The notes: generated from the sequence alone by a model not told the origin. A stretch of DNA of 63,091 nt, filler included, from Reclinomonas americana ATCC 50394 (GCA_048213135.1; 15 parts of 15 records of this genome joined end to end with filler, not necessarily neighbours in it); one strand, 5' to 3'; counted from the first letter of the whole stretch, positions 11,701-27,631 are shown. A program made the numbers and translations.

Positions 11701-14700
11701 GGCATCAGTCCGCGAGTGAAGCGGCATTGCCGATTCCACCGTCGTCGTGCTGCCAGCTGCAACGCGCGCGTTTCCAACCGTCACCGGGTGAGCAGTTGCC
11801 GACGCAGGCGGAACAGTTGACGCAGCTGCCGATCCGATGGCAAAGTGAGAATCACTGCCAGTCACAGCATGCGACACAGCAGTCACAGTTGAAACTGTCT
11901 TGGAGGCATCGCTTGCTTGTGAGGGCGCGATAGCAGGCAGTCCAGAGCCCATCACACTTCCATCATTCGCAGAGTGTACAGTCACGGCAGCGGCCGATGA
12001 TGCAGCAGTCGCAGCAGGCTGCACTGAGCCAGTTCCAGAACGGGAAGTCACCGTAGTAGCTGACGGAGCGGTGACATGCGTCGCATCGACGGAGACGTGG
12101 TCGTCGTCACCGCCAGCTGCTGGAGGGGCGATATGCACCCCGTCGACGACCGTCGATCGTGACGCGGCAGTCGTAGTAGTCAACACAGAGCCAGTCACGG
12201 AATGGGAAGATAGTGCACCGGATGATGGAGCGGTGGTGTGCGTCACACCAGCACTGGCATGCACGTCATCAATAGCCGCACGCATCGCAGAGGAAGCGAC
12301 GTGGTGAGACGCAGCAGTCGCAGCAGTCAACTCAGAGCCAGTCACAGAATGGAAAGATGGTGCAGCGGAATGTGGCACATCGGCGGAGGCATAGATCTTG
12401 TCACCACCAGCTGCTGAAGGAGCGACATGCGACATGTTGCCATCCAGAGAATGAGAGGCCGCAGTTGCAACAGGCAGCGCCGACCGAATGGTTGCGGCCG
12501 GTGGCACGGTGGTATGCGTCACACCGGCAACGGCACGTACGTCACCAGGAGCATGCAGAGCTGCTGAGGGATCAACGTGCACCTCGTTGTCACTCACGGA
12601 ATGAGACGCGGCAGTTGCAGTAGACAGCACAGAGCCAGTCACGGAATGGGAAGCCACCGCATTGGATGACGGAGTGGTGGTATGCGTCACACCAGCACTG
12701 GCATGCACGTCATCAACAGCCGCAGAGGGAGAGACATGCTGAGACGCAGCAGCAGTAGCGCCGGGCAGCACAGAGCCAGTCGCAGAGCGTGAAGATACTG
12801 CAGCAGAATGTGGCACGTCGGCGGAGGCGTGGATGTTGTCACCGGCAGCAGCAGGAGGAGCGACATGCACCCCGTCGACAACCACCGATCGTGACGCGTC
12901 AGTCGTAGCGGTCAACACAGAGCTGGTTGCAGAGTGGGAAGGCACTGCAGCGGCTGACGGAGCGGTAGTATGCGTCGCGCTGGCGGCGACGAAAATATCG
13001 CTGCCAACCGCATGTACCGCAGAGGCATCCACACGCGTCTCGCCGCCATTCGGCGGGCGAGACGCCGCAGTGGTTGCTGCGGGCTGCGCAGACCGAATGG
13101 TTGCTGCCGGTGGCACGGCGGTATGCGTCACATCGGCACTGGCATGCACGTCATCAACAACCGCGGTGGAAGCGACGTGGTGAGACGCAGCAGTCCCAGC
13201 AGTCAACACAGAGCCAGTCGCAGAGCGTGAAGATACTGCAGCGGAATGTGGCACGCCGGCGGAGGCATGGATGTTGTCACCATCAGCTGCTGGAGGAGCG
13301 ACATGCGTCTTGTTGCCATCCAGAGACTGAGAGGCAGCAGTTTCGGCAGAGAGCGCCGACCGAATGGTTGCGGCCGGTGGCACGGTGGTATGCGTCACAC
13401 CGGCACTGTCATGCATGTTGTCACCGGTAGCAGCAGGAGGAGCGACATGCATCCCGTCAACAACCGTCAATCGTGACAGATCAGCAGCAGCAGCGGGCAG
13501 CACAGAGCCAGTGGCAGAACGGGAAGATGCTGCTGTGGCGGAGACGCGAACATCGTCACTAGCAGCTCCGCGCACCGCGGAGGGAGCGACATGCATCCCA
13601 TCGCCAATCACGGAATGCGACGCAGCAGTCGCAGCAGTCAACACAGAGCCAGTCGCAGAGCGGGAAGATACTGCAGAGGCTGAAGGAGCAATGGAATGTG
13701 GCACACCGGCGGAGGCATGGATGTTGTCACCGGCAGCAGCAGGAGGAGCGACATGCACCCCGTCGACAACCGTCGATCGTGACGCGGCAGTCGTAGCGGT
13801 CAATACAGGGCTGGTTGCAGAGCGGGAAGGCACTGCAGCGGCTGACTGAGCGGTGGTATGCGTCGCGTTNNNNNNNNNNNNNNNNNNNNNNNNNNNNNNN
13901 NNNNNNNNNNNNNTTAATTAATTAANNNNNNNNNNNNNNNNNNNNNNNNNNNNNNNNNNNNNNNNNNNNGCATGCACCGCAGAAGAAGCGACGTGGTGAG
14001 ACGCAGAAGCAGTAGTGCCGGGCAGCGCAGAGCCAGACAAAGAATGAGAGGCAACCACAGCAGATGACGGCGCCGCATTGGCGGAGATGTGAACGTCATC
14101 AACAGCCGCGACGTGCGCCACGTCATCACTTGCCACGTGAGACACCGCAGTTGCAACAGGCAACGCAGAGTCGCTTGCAAGTCCAGCAACGAGGAGAGAG
14201 TCACGCCCATTCACGGAATGCGGCGGCACGACAGCAACACTGTCTGCACTGGCGGCCGAGTGCATCGTAGCCAGCGGCGCGTATCCAACGGGTGATGCAG
14301 AGCCATCCACCGGGATCGATGGAGGCCGTGCGATTTCACCAGTTTGGCGATCTCCTCCAGCACGCGGATAAGCATCGCCAATATCCCCTGTCGGTGCCGA
14401 AGGCACGCCATCCACATTACGTTCGACAGCACTGCATGTGCGATGTGGAGCACAGATCAGTAACGTACTACGCGATAAAAACAAGCGGAAGTAACACACA
14501 CCGCTCAGTGGGCGGGCACGGCGCAACCGGAAGACGCGGATCCACCGAGACCGTATGAGCGCTTGGGTCGCTGTGCACGATTGGCGCAGTGAGTGCATGA
14601 TATTGCCGAAGATGAGAGACAGAAGACACGAGGCGCAACTTGGCACGCAGAATCGAAGAGTCGAAGACAAGGTCGGCGGGTGACAAGGGAGGTGATTGAG

Positions 14701-16760
14701 GACTGTGAGCCGAAGACGATCGACGCAGGCTTCCGCTGGACTCGCGAGTGGGTGCCGTGGTTGCTCCCGTGACGGGATCCACAATACGCACACGCGGCGA
14801 CGATACCAGTGTCCCGTCGTCGCCGACAACGGACAAGCGACCAATCCCCGATAATCTTGGCGACGAGCGTGCCCGTACTGTCCTGCCAATGCCTTCCGAA
14901 CCGTCACTGTCCGTGTGTTCGTGGACCAAAACAGATGTCACCTGGCGTCGACTGCCACCGGCCTCACCAGAATCATCGGTTACCGTCCGAGTACCACCAC
15001 CATCCCTCGGCACAGTTTCGATTGTCCTTTCGTCCACAGCCTTGGTGGTATCATCACCAGCTGATGACCCACGAGTCCTTTGTTCGGGATGCGAACCACC
15101 CACAATAGCCGCGTGCACCGATGCTGATCTCACATCAGCCACACCAACACCATTGTCCAACGCCGTCGCCACAGGCGAGACATCGTGAAGCTGCGTCGCA
15201 GCCGGGGTATCTTGCACGGACGTGGCGAGCACCACTGGCTCGGCTGACTCGATTCTGTCATGGCCGGCATACACACCGTCACCATTACCGCCAGCGTACC
15301 CACCATTCGCTCGATGCTCATTGTGCTGCGCGGAGCCTGCGACAGCCGTCACAGCTGACTTTTGCAACACGCTCTCAATACCGTCGACTCCAACTGGTGA
15401 TGCAGGATCATGCAGATGTGCAGCGGTTACAGCCGGAGTCACCGCCGAATCACGATGCGACAATTGTGCCGCAGGCGCTGCATCACGCATACGTACACAC
15501 GCGAGGTCAGCGATGCACGGCGCACGGCACGAAACACGAAACGCACCTGCGGATAGCGTAGCTGCTCTTCCATGTTCGTCATCACCTCGCGGGACAGCGT
15601 GATGATGACCGTTTACGAGCTGTGGTTGTTGTTGTTGTACAGACGCATCTGCCGCTTGGCGCGATGCAGAGGAATCGTTTTGATTGCCTCCAGCCAGACC
15701 GAAAGGAGCGAACTCGATCGCTGCTGCCTTGCTTCCCAATGAGCCATTCGGCGCAGTCGGCTGTATGGCACGGTAACACATTCCATCAATGAGAATCGAA
15801 AAGGGAAAACCTCACAAGGCAGAGATAAACGCAACATTTTGCGTCACGCTTGCCGCCGTAGGCGAGTCCGAAACCTGACTTGACGCGCCGCCGGCAGACT
15901 GTTGTCGTGGTGACTGCTTTCCGCCGCTGCCTCGTGGTGATGAGCCGATCATACGATCCAGTAGTTTCGGGCGGTTGCTGCTGCTGGGCGGCGACTGCGG
16001 CGTGCTGAGAAGCGCCATTTGTTGTTGCAGGCCCAGCAGATGTGCTGGTGCTGTCATGCGTCGCCGCATGCCACTACCGTCCGTAGGCGATGCGGTTGCA
16101 TCGGCTGCCGTCGACCCTGTTGCCGCTGCGGCTGCCGAAGTATCTCGGGCGACACCAATCACGGTCGCCGCCTTGCCATCGTCCTCCCATTCACCGTCCT
16201 CGTCTGACGAGTAGTCCTCGTCGTCCTCGTGACCTCCACCATCGCCGCCCGTGTGCGAGGCAGCTCGACGACGTCGCCGCCGACTTCCGTAGCGGAATGG
16301 ACTGCCAGCGCCTCGGTTGAACACCTCTCGGATCTCCTCAAACGTAAGGTTGCCACCGCTCACTCGCTTCCGGGCCTCCACCCGAGCATTCTGCGAGAGC
16401 AGCGTATGCGAGCGCTGCGCCAGCAACTCGCGGTGCTTGAGAAACGTCTGCGACACCGGTCGCAATCGCGCGTCGCCGCCATCATCGTCGGTACGCAGCG
16501 GACTGTTTCCGCCACTGGCCGACCCTGTGCGTGCGTGCGTGTGCGTGTGCGTGCGTTTGTGAGTCGACCAATTCATGATGACGCACACGAGCATAATCGC
16601 ATCATCACACTCTGGCGTGTCATCGAACACATATCACACACACACGCAGAGAGAGAGCACACACAACAAGACAGACGAAGAGAGAGATGGCCACCAACGA
16701 CAAACCTCGCACAGGAGACGAGGGCGACGCAGTCCGATCCACAACGGGCCCACTGCTCAT
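5000..16760 (-). CDS. Very large, multi-exon, low-complexity Ser/Pro/Ala/Thr/Asp-rich (probably disordered) protein spanning two gaps; 3' end open at the gap next to MAD1
   Basis: First exon MSSGPVVDRTASPSSPVR (16706-16760) splices in phase to GSASGG.. (from 16524). Long minus-strand exons (894-aa and 783-aa ORFs) are separated by short GT-AG introns. No terminal stop before the 4900-4999 gap and no recognisable globular domain. Confidence 0.65.
11900..14110 (-). repeat. Coding tandem repeat, about 13-14 degenerate 40-50 aa His/Ala/Ser units
   Basis: The unit HVAPPAAAGDNIHASAGVPHS..SSRSATGSVLTAATAASH recurs through the 783-aa ORF and continues across the 13870 gap. Confidence 0.85.
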
Positions 16761-16955
16761 TTCGGCAAGCAAAATCCGACAGCGACTCGCAACGAAACAC
16801 ACACACGCTTATCACTCTGTCTCTCTCTCTCTCACTCACTCACACACGCACTCACACACACACACACGCACGCACAGCTGTTTGAGCACAAGAGGAGAGC
16901 GATGAATTAGACGGGGACGGACAATCTATCATCATGCGTCACCCTTCCTTCGTCA

Positions 16956-18758
16956 ATGACTGGGAACGGCGGCGACGTGGGGCTCTCTGGCACGACTGTG
17001 CGCTGCCCGTTGCACTCCTTAGGGTGTCCGTGGGAGGGCGGTGCAGAAGAGTACTCGCAACATCGGACAGCGTGTGGATTCTCCATATTGGAGCGCTTTC
17101 AACGAGGAGTCGATGCCACCGTGCACCACCTGCAGCGAGTTGCGTGCACGTGTATGCATGCATGAGAGGCAACGCACTGACTGTGTGTGTGTGTGTGTGT
17201 GGTGCATCAGCATGTGGAGTCGCGAGTATTGTGGTCACAAGGAGACGATGATCATGCAACGATGTCGCAGCAGGATCGCATTGCGGCTCGATCGCGGGCG
17301 ACCAGCATGGAGGCCTATGCCAAGAGCAATGCCACAGTGTCGGCCATCCATGCGCGTCTGATGGAGCTGGAGCTCGATGTGCTTCGTTTGCGCGGTCTGC
17401 AGCCTCCGTCGCCTCCGGCTCCGCCACCACCGCCACCGGAGAAGCGACTGCGTGCGGTGCAGTTGCCGGTGTTTCGGTGGACCGAGGCCGGTGATCGCGT
17501 GCGTCTCAGCGACGAGGGACGCGTGGCGAGTGGCGTCGCAGGGCCACCGGCTGGCGTCGGTACGCCCAGTTGGGCGTTTGGCGTCTTGACACAGCCGCCG
17601 TTGATGGCCGGGTACGAGTGCCGTAGGCGACTTGCCTGCAGTACCGTGTGCTCACTGTGTGTGTGCGTGTGTGTGCGTAGGACGCGGTACGAGTTTCGTG
17701 TCTTGTGGGAGCAGCAGGAGAGATTAGCTGTCACGGCAGAGTCGGCTCAACGTCCACCCGGCTTCGCGTTGGTGCCCGTCGGCAGCAACGAGGAGCTCAT
17801 TCTCATTCCGCGTGTGGTCAAGGATCGAGTGGACATCGAGGAGGAGAAGGCGCGAAAGGAGAGCCGACGACGGCGAGCGACCTCGGTTGGTGCGTATTAC
17901 TCAAAGCATATGCTTCGATATCTTGCTTACAAGAACACTCACAATTGTTGTGCGCTTGCGCAGCCAACTTGGCACACGCGCGTGCCATGCAGCAGGCGTC
18001 GGAGCAGGCGGCTCTTCGGCAACGGCGGTTAACGCATTTGCACGGTGGTGAGTGGCGTCACGCATCGTGTCGGCGGGATCCTCGCCCTCACTGCCCCCGC
18101 GCCCAGTGATGCACGATCTGACGCCAGTGGGAGACTCCGACGACGAGGACGAAGACGAAGATGGAGGCGGTCGCGGCGATGGCGAAACCGACACGGATGG
18201 GGGCAGCTACGCGCAAAAGGGTAGCACGTATCGCACCGACGCCACCACCACTCTCACTCCCTCGTCGTCGGCCGCAGGTGCGATCGTGACAGTGTGAAAA
18301 AAGTGCTTCTCGGCTTTCCCCTCTCACACACACTCGCTGCGTGCACAGGCACACCCGAACCCGGCATGACATCTGGCGCACCATTACCACCGCCACTCGA
18401 GCAGCAGTCGCCGCCAACATCACCTCGCGTCCCGCCACCCGCCGGTGCCACGCCGGGTTTCCCCTTCTCCACTGGCTGCTTTGAGGGTAACTTTTACGTC
18501 AAAGGCTGGTGGTCACAGCAGTTTCTGGTACTGTGGCCGCCACATCAGCGTCGTGCCGAGCTGACCGTCATGATTGACCGAGGCACTGGGGACTTTGCGG
18601 TGCGCGCCGAGGATCCAAACACTGGCGCGCTGATCGCAGAAAGCACTGCATCGCATTGCATCTCCACGGAACCGGGTGTCACTCTCCGTTTGGCCGCCGT
18701 GGTGCGGCAGGGTGAATCCATTCGAGTCCTCAACGGGACTCGCTACGACCTCGAGTGA
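16956..18758 (+). CDS. TRAF/SIAH-type zinc finger + coiled coil + putative SPRY/B30.2-like beta domain interrupted by an insertion
   Basis: VRCPLHSLGCPWEGGAEEYSQHRTAC zinc finger, then a helical segment and a poly-Pro linker. FRW..GDRVRLSDEGRVAS..W..TRYEFRV and ELTVMIDRGTGDFAVR..LRLAAVV resemble SPRY strands. Short GT-AG introns, e.g. 17139-17210. Confidence 0.65.
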
Positions 18759-18910
18759 AGCACTCGCTGCTCTATGTTTCACTCCACTCACATTTCTTCG
18801 TACAACAGAAACACACACACACACACATACACATATAGTTTTCGGTACACACACACACACACACACACGCACACACAGATACAAACACGTGAGCTCTCGT
18901 CGCACACGAA

Positions 18911-20858
18911 TCATAGACCGCCAGAATCGTCATAAATGTCGATGCTGGATCGTCGCAGAACCGGACCGCCACCGTAGATTTCGTGCAGGAACGTCCACAC
19001 CTGTTCACCGTCAGTGCCAACACCACCAACAACAGGGGAGCGCAAGGTAATCGCAACGCAACTTCCCGATTGATTCCACGATAGTGCGTCACTTTTTTCA
19101 GATCCTTCTTGGGTCGACCATTCGCCTGCAGGAGCTCGTCGTTTCTAATCGGTCCCGGAGGTTCGGCGCGCGTCTCTGCACGGCGGCCAAGTGCGTCAGC
19201 AACAAAAAAAGAAAGAAAGATGCGGAAATTAAATAAAAGTGCAGGGTAACCAACCTTGCAGCGCCCAATCCTTCCACTCCTGTAGCCAGCCAGCGGTAAT
19301 AATGTACCACTCGTCCGTGTCGTGCTTTCGGTCGGCGTTCATGACAAACACACGCTCATTTAGCCGCCGCTCGGCCAGCAACGCAGCGCGTGACAAGTCG
19401 TCGCCGCTGCCGTTGACTGCCATGGCCACCGTGTCGGCGGGACCCTTCTTGCCCCGTACTGTCGACGACAGAGAGCCGAGAGCCGCAGCGGCCGCCGACG
19501 ACGTTGAGGAGGCCGCCAGCGTGGTTGCACCGTTGGAGCCACGACCGACGCCGTGGTGGCGCGCCGCATTCTCCATCTCCAACATGGTCTTCTCCAGCTG
19601 TTCCACGGCACTCATCAACATTTGCGAGCGGTGCTGCTCCTCCGACAGCAGTCGCGCAGTCTTGTTATGCGCGGCTCGCTCGCGCTCCAGCTGTGAATCG
19701 CGCGAGTGAGACGGAAGCAGGTGGAATGGTGGGGCGCGACACACACGCACACACACACCTCGGTTTGCAAGCTGCGCACGACTGGCGCCGCCAGCTTGAA
19801 CGCACACTTGGCCTCGTGCTCGTCTCTGCCGCCCGCCAGCCCCTTCCACTCGCAGCCGATCTCATTCCACTCGCACGTCACTAATCGCTGCACACACTCA
19901 CTCTCCGTGTGCACCAGCAGCTGCCGGCGAGGCACCTTGGCACCACACCCGAGCGGGCAGTCGTGCAAACACTCCTGCTTGTGCGCCGCGTGATACGACG
20001 ATATCGTGCCCGTCCACGCGCATCCACTCACCCTGTGCTGCAGGCAGCGAATCTGGGCAGAGCGCAGAATCAACCTCAGTTGTCAACGCGGAGGAAATCG
20101 CCGGCACACACCGTCAAGTTCTGGTACTGTCGCTTCAGTGGCGGCTGCGGCTCGACCTGGTTGTTCACGTGCATCTCACCACATCCGCACAGATTCGAAG
20201 GCCGCTCAGTGCAGTGAACTGTCGTCGACACGCATGAGGGAGGGAGGAAGGAGGGAGGAAGGAGGGAGGAAGGAGGAGAAAATAATGACTCGATTCGGAA
20301 CATTGGCGTCGCCCGCGCTCACGCGTGCACATTGCCACCTCTCTCTCTCTCTCTCTCTTCTTCTCACATGTGGTCGACAGAGTACGCACAGTAACAGCGA
20401 CAGCACAGCGATGGAACAATGTGCGTGTGTGTGTTGTGTGGGTATATGCGCAACATTGGCACAGCAAGTGCGACTGCGCAGGAGAGCAAAGTGAGCACAC
20501 AGAGACACACACATAAGCAGCACAACCTTGTGTCACTCACCGACGTACAACACAGCACAAAGGGATCGCTGACAAGGTCCAAACACTGAGTGTATGTGTG
20601 CGCGCACGCATTCAGATCGCGCTTTCACACACAAGAGAGAGAGAGAGAGAGGAACGCAACGACAGGGCACGTGTACATGGACTCGGCGATCGACTTGGCC
20701 ACACCCTCCTGTGTGCGTGTGTGTCGCGTGTCAAGACAAGTAATATACTTGCGCGCCTATGCATTGTACACACTCACCTCCACATCATCAAAGGTCACTC
20801 GAGGTGAACGCGGTGGCAACACAGACGACGCCAGTGCGCCGTTTGCGCAAAATGCCAT
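18911..20858 (-). CDS. RING finger + TRAF zinc fingers + coiled coil + C-terminal DUSP domain protein (putative E3 ligase)
   Basis: Spliced RING: YTCPVCLDLVSDPFVLCC..HLLCQCC. TRAF fingers: CLQHRVSGCAWTG..H..EC, CPLGC..H..SEC, CEWNEIGCEWKG..H..KC. DUSP: WYIITAGWLQEWKDW..PGPIRNDELL..HYRGINREVWTFLHEIYGGGPVLRR. Stop TGA at 18911-18913. Confidence 0.82.
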
Positions 20859-21058
20859 CTCTTTCGCTCGAGTGCGCTCTCTCTCCGCACCAAAAACAAA
20901 CGATTCACACAATCCGCGTTGTTCCGAACAGAGGGGGGCGCGCGGACGCGGGACTTCTTTTTCTCTCCGTCTCTCTCTCTGTTATCTCCCTCCCTCCGTC
21001 CTCTCACATTCTTGTTCGGCGTAGTTTATGCGATAGGAGGAACGGAGATTTTGTTCTT

Positions 21059-23913
<2,855 letters not shown>

Positions 23914-24040
23914 CGTGGATGCAAGGAGGAAGCGATGAATGGACAGTCGGAGTACGTAGTCGCGAGATGATTCATTCACAGAGAGCTCACCAACAACGCA
24001 CACACGCGCGCGCACGCATACACACCACGTTCGTGAACTA

Positions 24041-27000
24041 TTACTCATCTTCCGGTGGTGGGGGTGGTGGTGGCGGAGGTTGCTGCTCGTCATCTTGGTA
24101 CGGCGGATCACCGAGCTCGCCGCGATCGAAGCGATCCACCGGCCAGTACATGGTGATGAGCATGCGACTCATGTATCGACGACCACACAGGTTCGTCTGT
24201 GCGCGTTGTGCATCCTGCTCGTTCGCGAACCGAATGTACACCTGTGCAGAGGGAGCAGAGTCAATCGAGGTAGTCGACAAGTCGCTCTCTTCCCTTCCCT
24301 CCCAGCCACCAAACCTTGCCAAGACCGGGAACTTCGGGCTCCGATCGGTAGCCGTCGCGCATGCGCTTAATCTGCTGCTCTCGCATGCGCTTCTGCTGTC
24401 GGATCTGCTCCAGCGCCTGTGCGACAATGGGATTGTCTCGGCGCCCAACAGGCATGGGGAAGTCGTCCTCCGGCTCCTCGTCCTCCTGCGGGCGACCACC
24501 TCGCATCTCCTCCTCCCGTCGCTTTCGTTCCTCTCTGCGCGTGGCACCAATACACACAAGGATGTGAGAGACGAGTGGAGAATCGGTACGAGACAAACAT
24601 AAAAGGGCGTAACTGTTCCGCGCGGAAACGCTCCACTTCATCGTCGGATGGCGGCTTCGGCACCACCACATCCAACACCGAGCCAAAACGCGAGGCCTCG
24701 TCCCGAATGTCCTCCACCACACTCAGACGGAACTCCTCGTCCTTCAAGTCGGTGACATTGACTGCATTCAGCAGCACCAACACTGGAGTCGGCTGCAGTG
24801 CATTGGCTGCGGAGGGGACGGGAAACTTCATCAATCAACTGCGCCTCTACACCACCACAGTCAACAACGCGGACACAGTAGCACTCACCAATGTTGCCCG
24901 ACAGCGACGAAATGACCACCTGCACCGGCTGCTGCATGTTCAAGAAATCTAAACAGGCCGCGCAAGAGCAATGTCAGCAGCATGTCAATCAACGAAATGT
25001 CGAGCGTAGCACGACACGCAACGTTCCGCCTTGATGTCTTCGGGGTGGCTGCCGAAAGCACCAGGGGCTCCCACCACAGCACCACCGAGCGGCATCAAGC
25101 CAGAGGCGGCGGCATTCTGCGATCACGACGAGGGTCAGGCAGGAGGAGAAAGTAAAGAGAGGCGTGGCATGGAAAGAGCGTACCCGCAATCCACTCTGTG
25201 CCCGTTGCACCTGCAGCGTCTTGCCACCGAGCTGCACACCATTCAGCTGACTGCACACCACCTCCGTCAACGACTCGTCGACGAACTCGCAGAATGCGTA
25301 GCCCTGCACACCGGGTGAGAATGAACAAAGGAAAGAAACAGAGGTCTGTGGTGCATTGCGCACCTTGGAGTTGCCGGTGGCCATATCGCGGCACAGATTG
25401 AAACCCTTGAGCGGTCCAAATGTCTGCAGCAGTGTCCGCAACTCGTCGTCATTGATGCTAGACGCCAGCTGGCCAATAAAGATCTTGTTCGGCGTGTCGG
25501 GCACATTGGTGCTGATCACACCGGGGATGTAGGGCACACTCTGCACGTGCCATGGGAAATCAGTTCTCAGTACATGCGCAGCAACTATGGTCACTTGAGA
25601 GCATCCGTGACGTACCACACCGCCGCCTTCTGTGATGCCTGGAATCGGCTTGAAATTGTTTGGTCGTCGCACCTTCAGCTGGGTGCCCTGCAAGCGCATC
25701 AACCCACAAATGTCAGCAAAACACACTTATTCGTCTTCATGAGCAGGCCAACCAACCACAGCAGACCTCATAGTGAATGCCGTCCAGAGCCAGCGCCGCA
25801 GTGCAATCGTAGGGATCGGCAAACTCCACGAAAGCAAACGACTTGTCGGCCACCACCTGGGCGGCCACAATCGGCTGGTCGACTCGGCGCGGAACATTCT
25901 GGCTCACCATCTGCGCATTGAAAAACAGCACCAGCTCCTCCTACAAATGGTGGCATGATAACACACACTATTAGGCGGCGGCGGCGATGTGAAGGAGAAC
26001 GAAAGAGGGACGTCGCGACGCAACTGGTGTGGTGTACGGAGCAATACCGCCAACATACAACCGCTTCGCTTGCCTCATCGTGGCCTCGTCGACACCAGGC
26101 GGCAGATTCATGGCCGACGCGGCAACTTGGGCGGCCAGCACTGCACAGAACACAAGAAGTGAACTTCACAGCCACGGCAACGACAACGAGAGATAAGAGA
26201 CACGCAACAGTGCGTCTTGTTGAATCCCATGCCCGGCAGCGGTCCGGAGCTGAATCCAGTTGGTCGGCCAGCACCGAAACCGGCAGACGGCGCTGTGTCC
26301 CACAAACTGCGACGATTGGCACTGCAACAAACAAGAGAAAACACACACGTTGTCAGCTTCGAGCTGGTCACCGGAATGGAGAAACACAGTAACACACACA
26401 CACCGCTTGCGCGCAGGAGAGTCGCCACCCGACGGCGATGCACGGCGGCCTCCTCGATCGCGATCTCTATTCATCAACGACAGATGAGCGCGACTGCAAA
26501 AAAAAAACACACGCAACACACTCATGCACGCAACGGCGACGGGCTGCGATGCCGACGCTCGCGTCCACGATCCCGATCACCACGATCTCTGTCGCGGTCG
26601 CGGTCACGGTCGCGATCCCTGTCCCTGTAATCGCGATCCCTATCACGGTCGCGGTCCCGGTCGCGGCTACTGCCATGGCGATCGCGATCGCGGTCTCGAT
26701 CACGGTCCCGATCGCGACTGCGATCTCCGCCTCTGCTGCTGCTGCCACTGCTGTACCGTGAATCCTCACGATGCCCACCATAGCCATCATCTGCACAGGC
26801 GCACAACGGCAGTGAGTGCTGTGCGAAAAAGACAAGGATCGGGCACATATTACAATCGCCGACCTCGACCCGATCGGTATGATCCACGATCGTCGCCACC
26901 CGCGCCTCCATGGTAGGCTGGCGGTGGCGGTGCTGGTCCCTCAAACTGTGGTGCACCTCCATCGTACTGCTGCGGAGGAGGAGCAGCGTACCCCTGTGCG

Positions 27001-27542
27001 TGTGTGCGCGCGTGAGTGTAAGGAGTGGAAATGACGCACTCGCACGCCCGTGGAGACGCAACAGGGTCGTAGTATCCACTGCCGGGTGGCGGTGCATGTG
27101 GGCCCTCGGCGGCGTGTGCATACGGGTCGCCCGACGACGACGGAGGCGGGGCTGGTGGCCCCTCATAGTACTGCACAATGGAGTGAGTGATGGAGAATAT
27201 GATTGAGCTGTCACCCTCTCTATCTCTCCGCGACAGAGCAGACAACTGAGTGTGTGTGCGAGAGAGAGGGGAGAAGAGAGGGCACGCAGAGGAACAAGGC
27301 GGCAACATTGACCTGGCCATCACACACACACACACACAGACAGGCAGACGCCCCGCCAGCTGCTTCCTCTCCGACGACACCACATCATGCACATGCACAC
27401 ACGCCACCACAACAACCACCACACGCTCTTCTTCCTTCAGACACGCACACAAGACAGAGACAATGCAATCGCATAACCCTCCCCGCTGCATTACCAACGC
27501 ATTCCCATCACCATGCACGGGTAGACACACCTGATAAGACAT
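24041..27542 (-). CDS. U2AF2: Splicing factor U2AF large subunit (U2AF65)
   Basis: RD/RS-rich region and ULM RSLWDTAPSAGF. RRM1: RQAKRLYVGGI..KSFAFVEF..ALALDGI. RRM2: STNVPDTPNKIFIGQL..FNLCRDMATGNSKGYAFCEF. UHM: VLVLLNAV..VEDIRDEASRFG..GLGKVYIRF. Start MSYQ at 27542 is tentative. Confidence 0.93.
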
Positions 27543-27631
27543 CCGTGCCTCGTGAACGAGTAGAGCGGGATAGGAGCGAAGGAGGTGAGTCAGCGTTTGT
27601 CCACGTGCCGCCCTCGCGCAAAAACACACAG

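Noticed and set aside
14600..16400. KNL1/Spc105 identity for the giant protein (SILR and KRVS motifs)
   Set aside because: There is no proper N-terminal SILK-RVSF pair and no MELT repeats; the partial matches are expected by chance in such a long protein.
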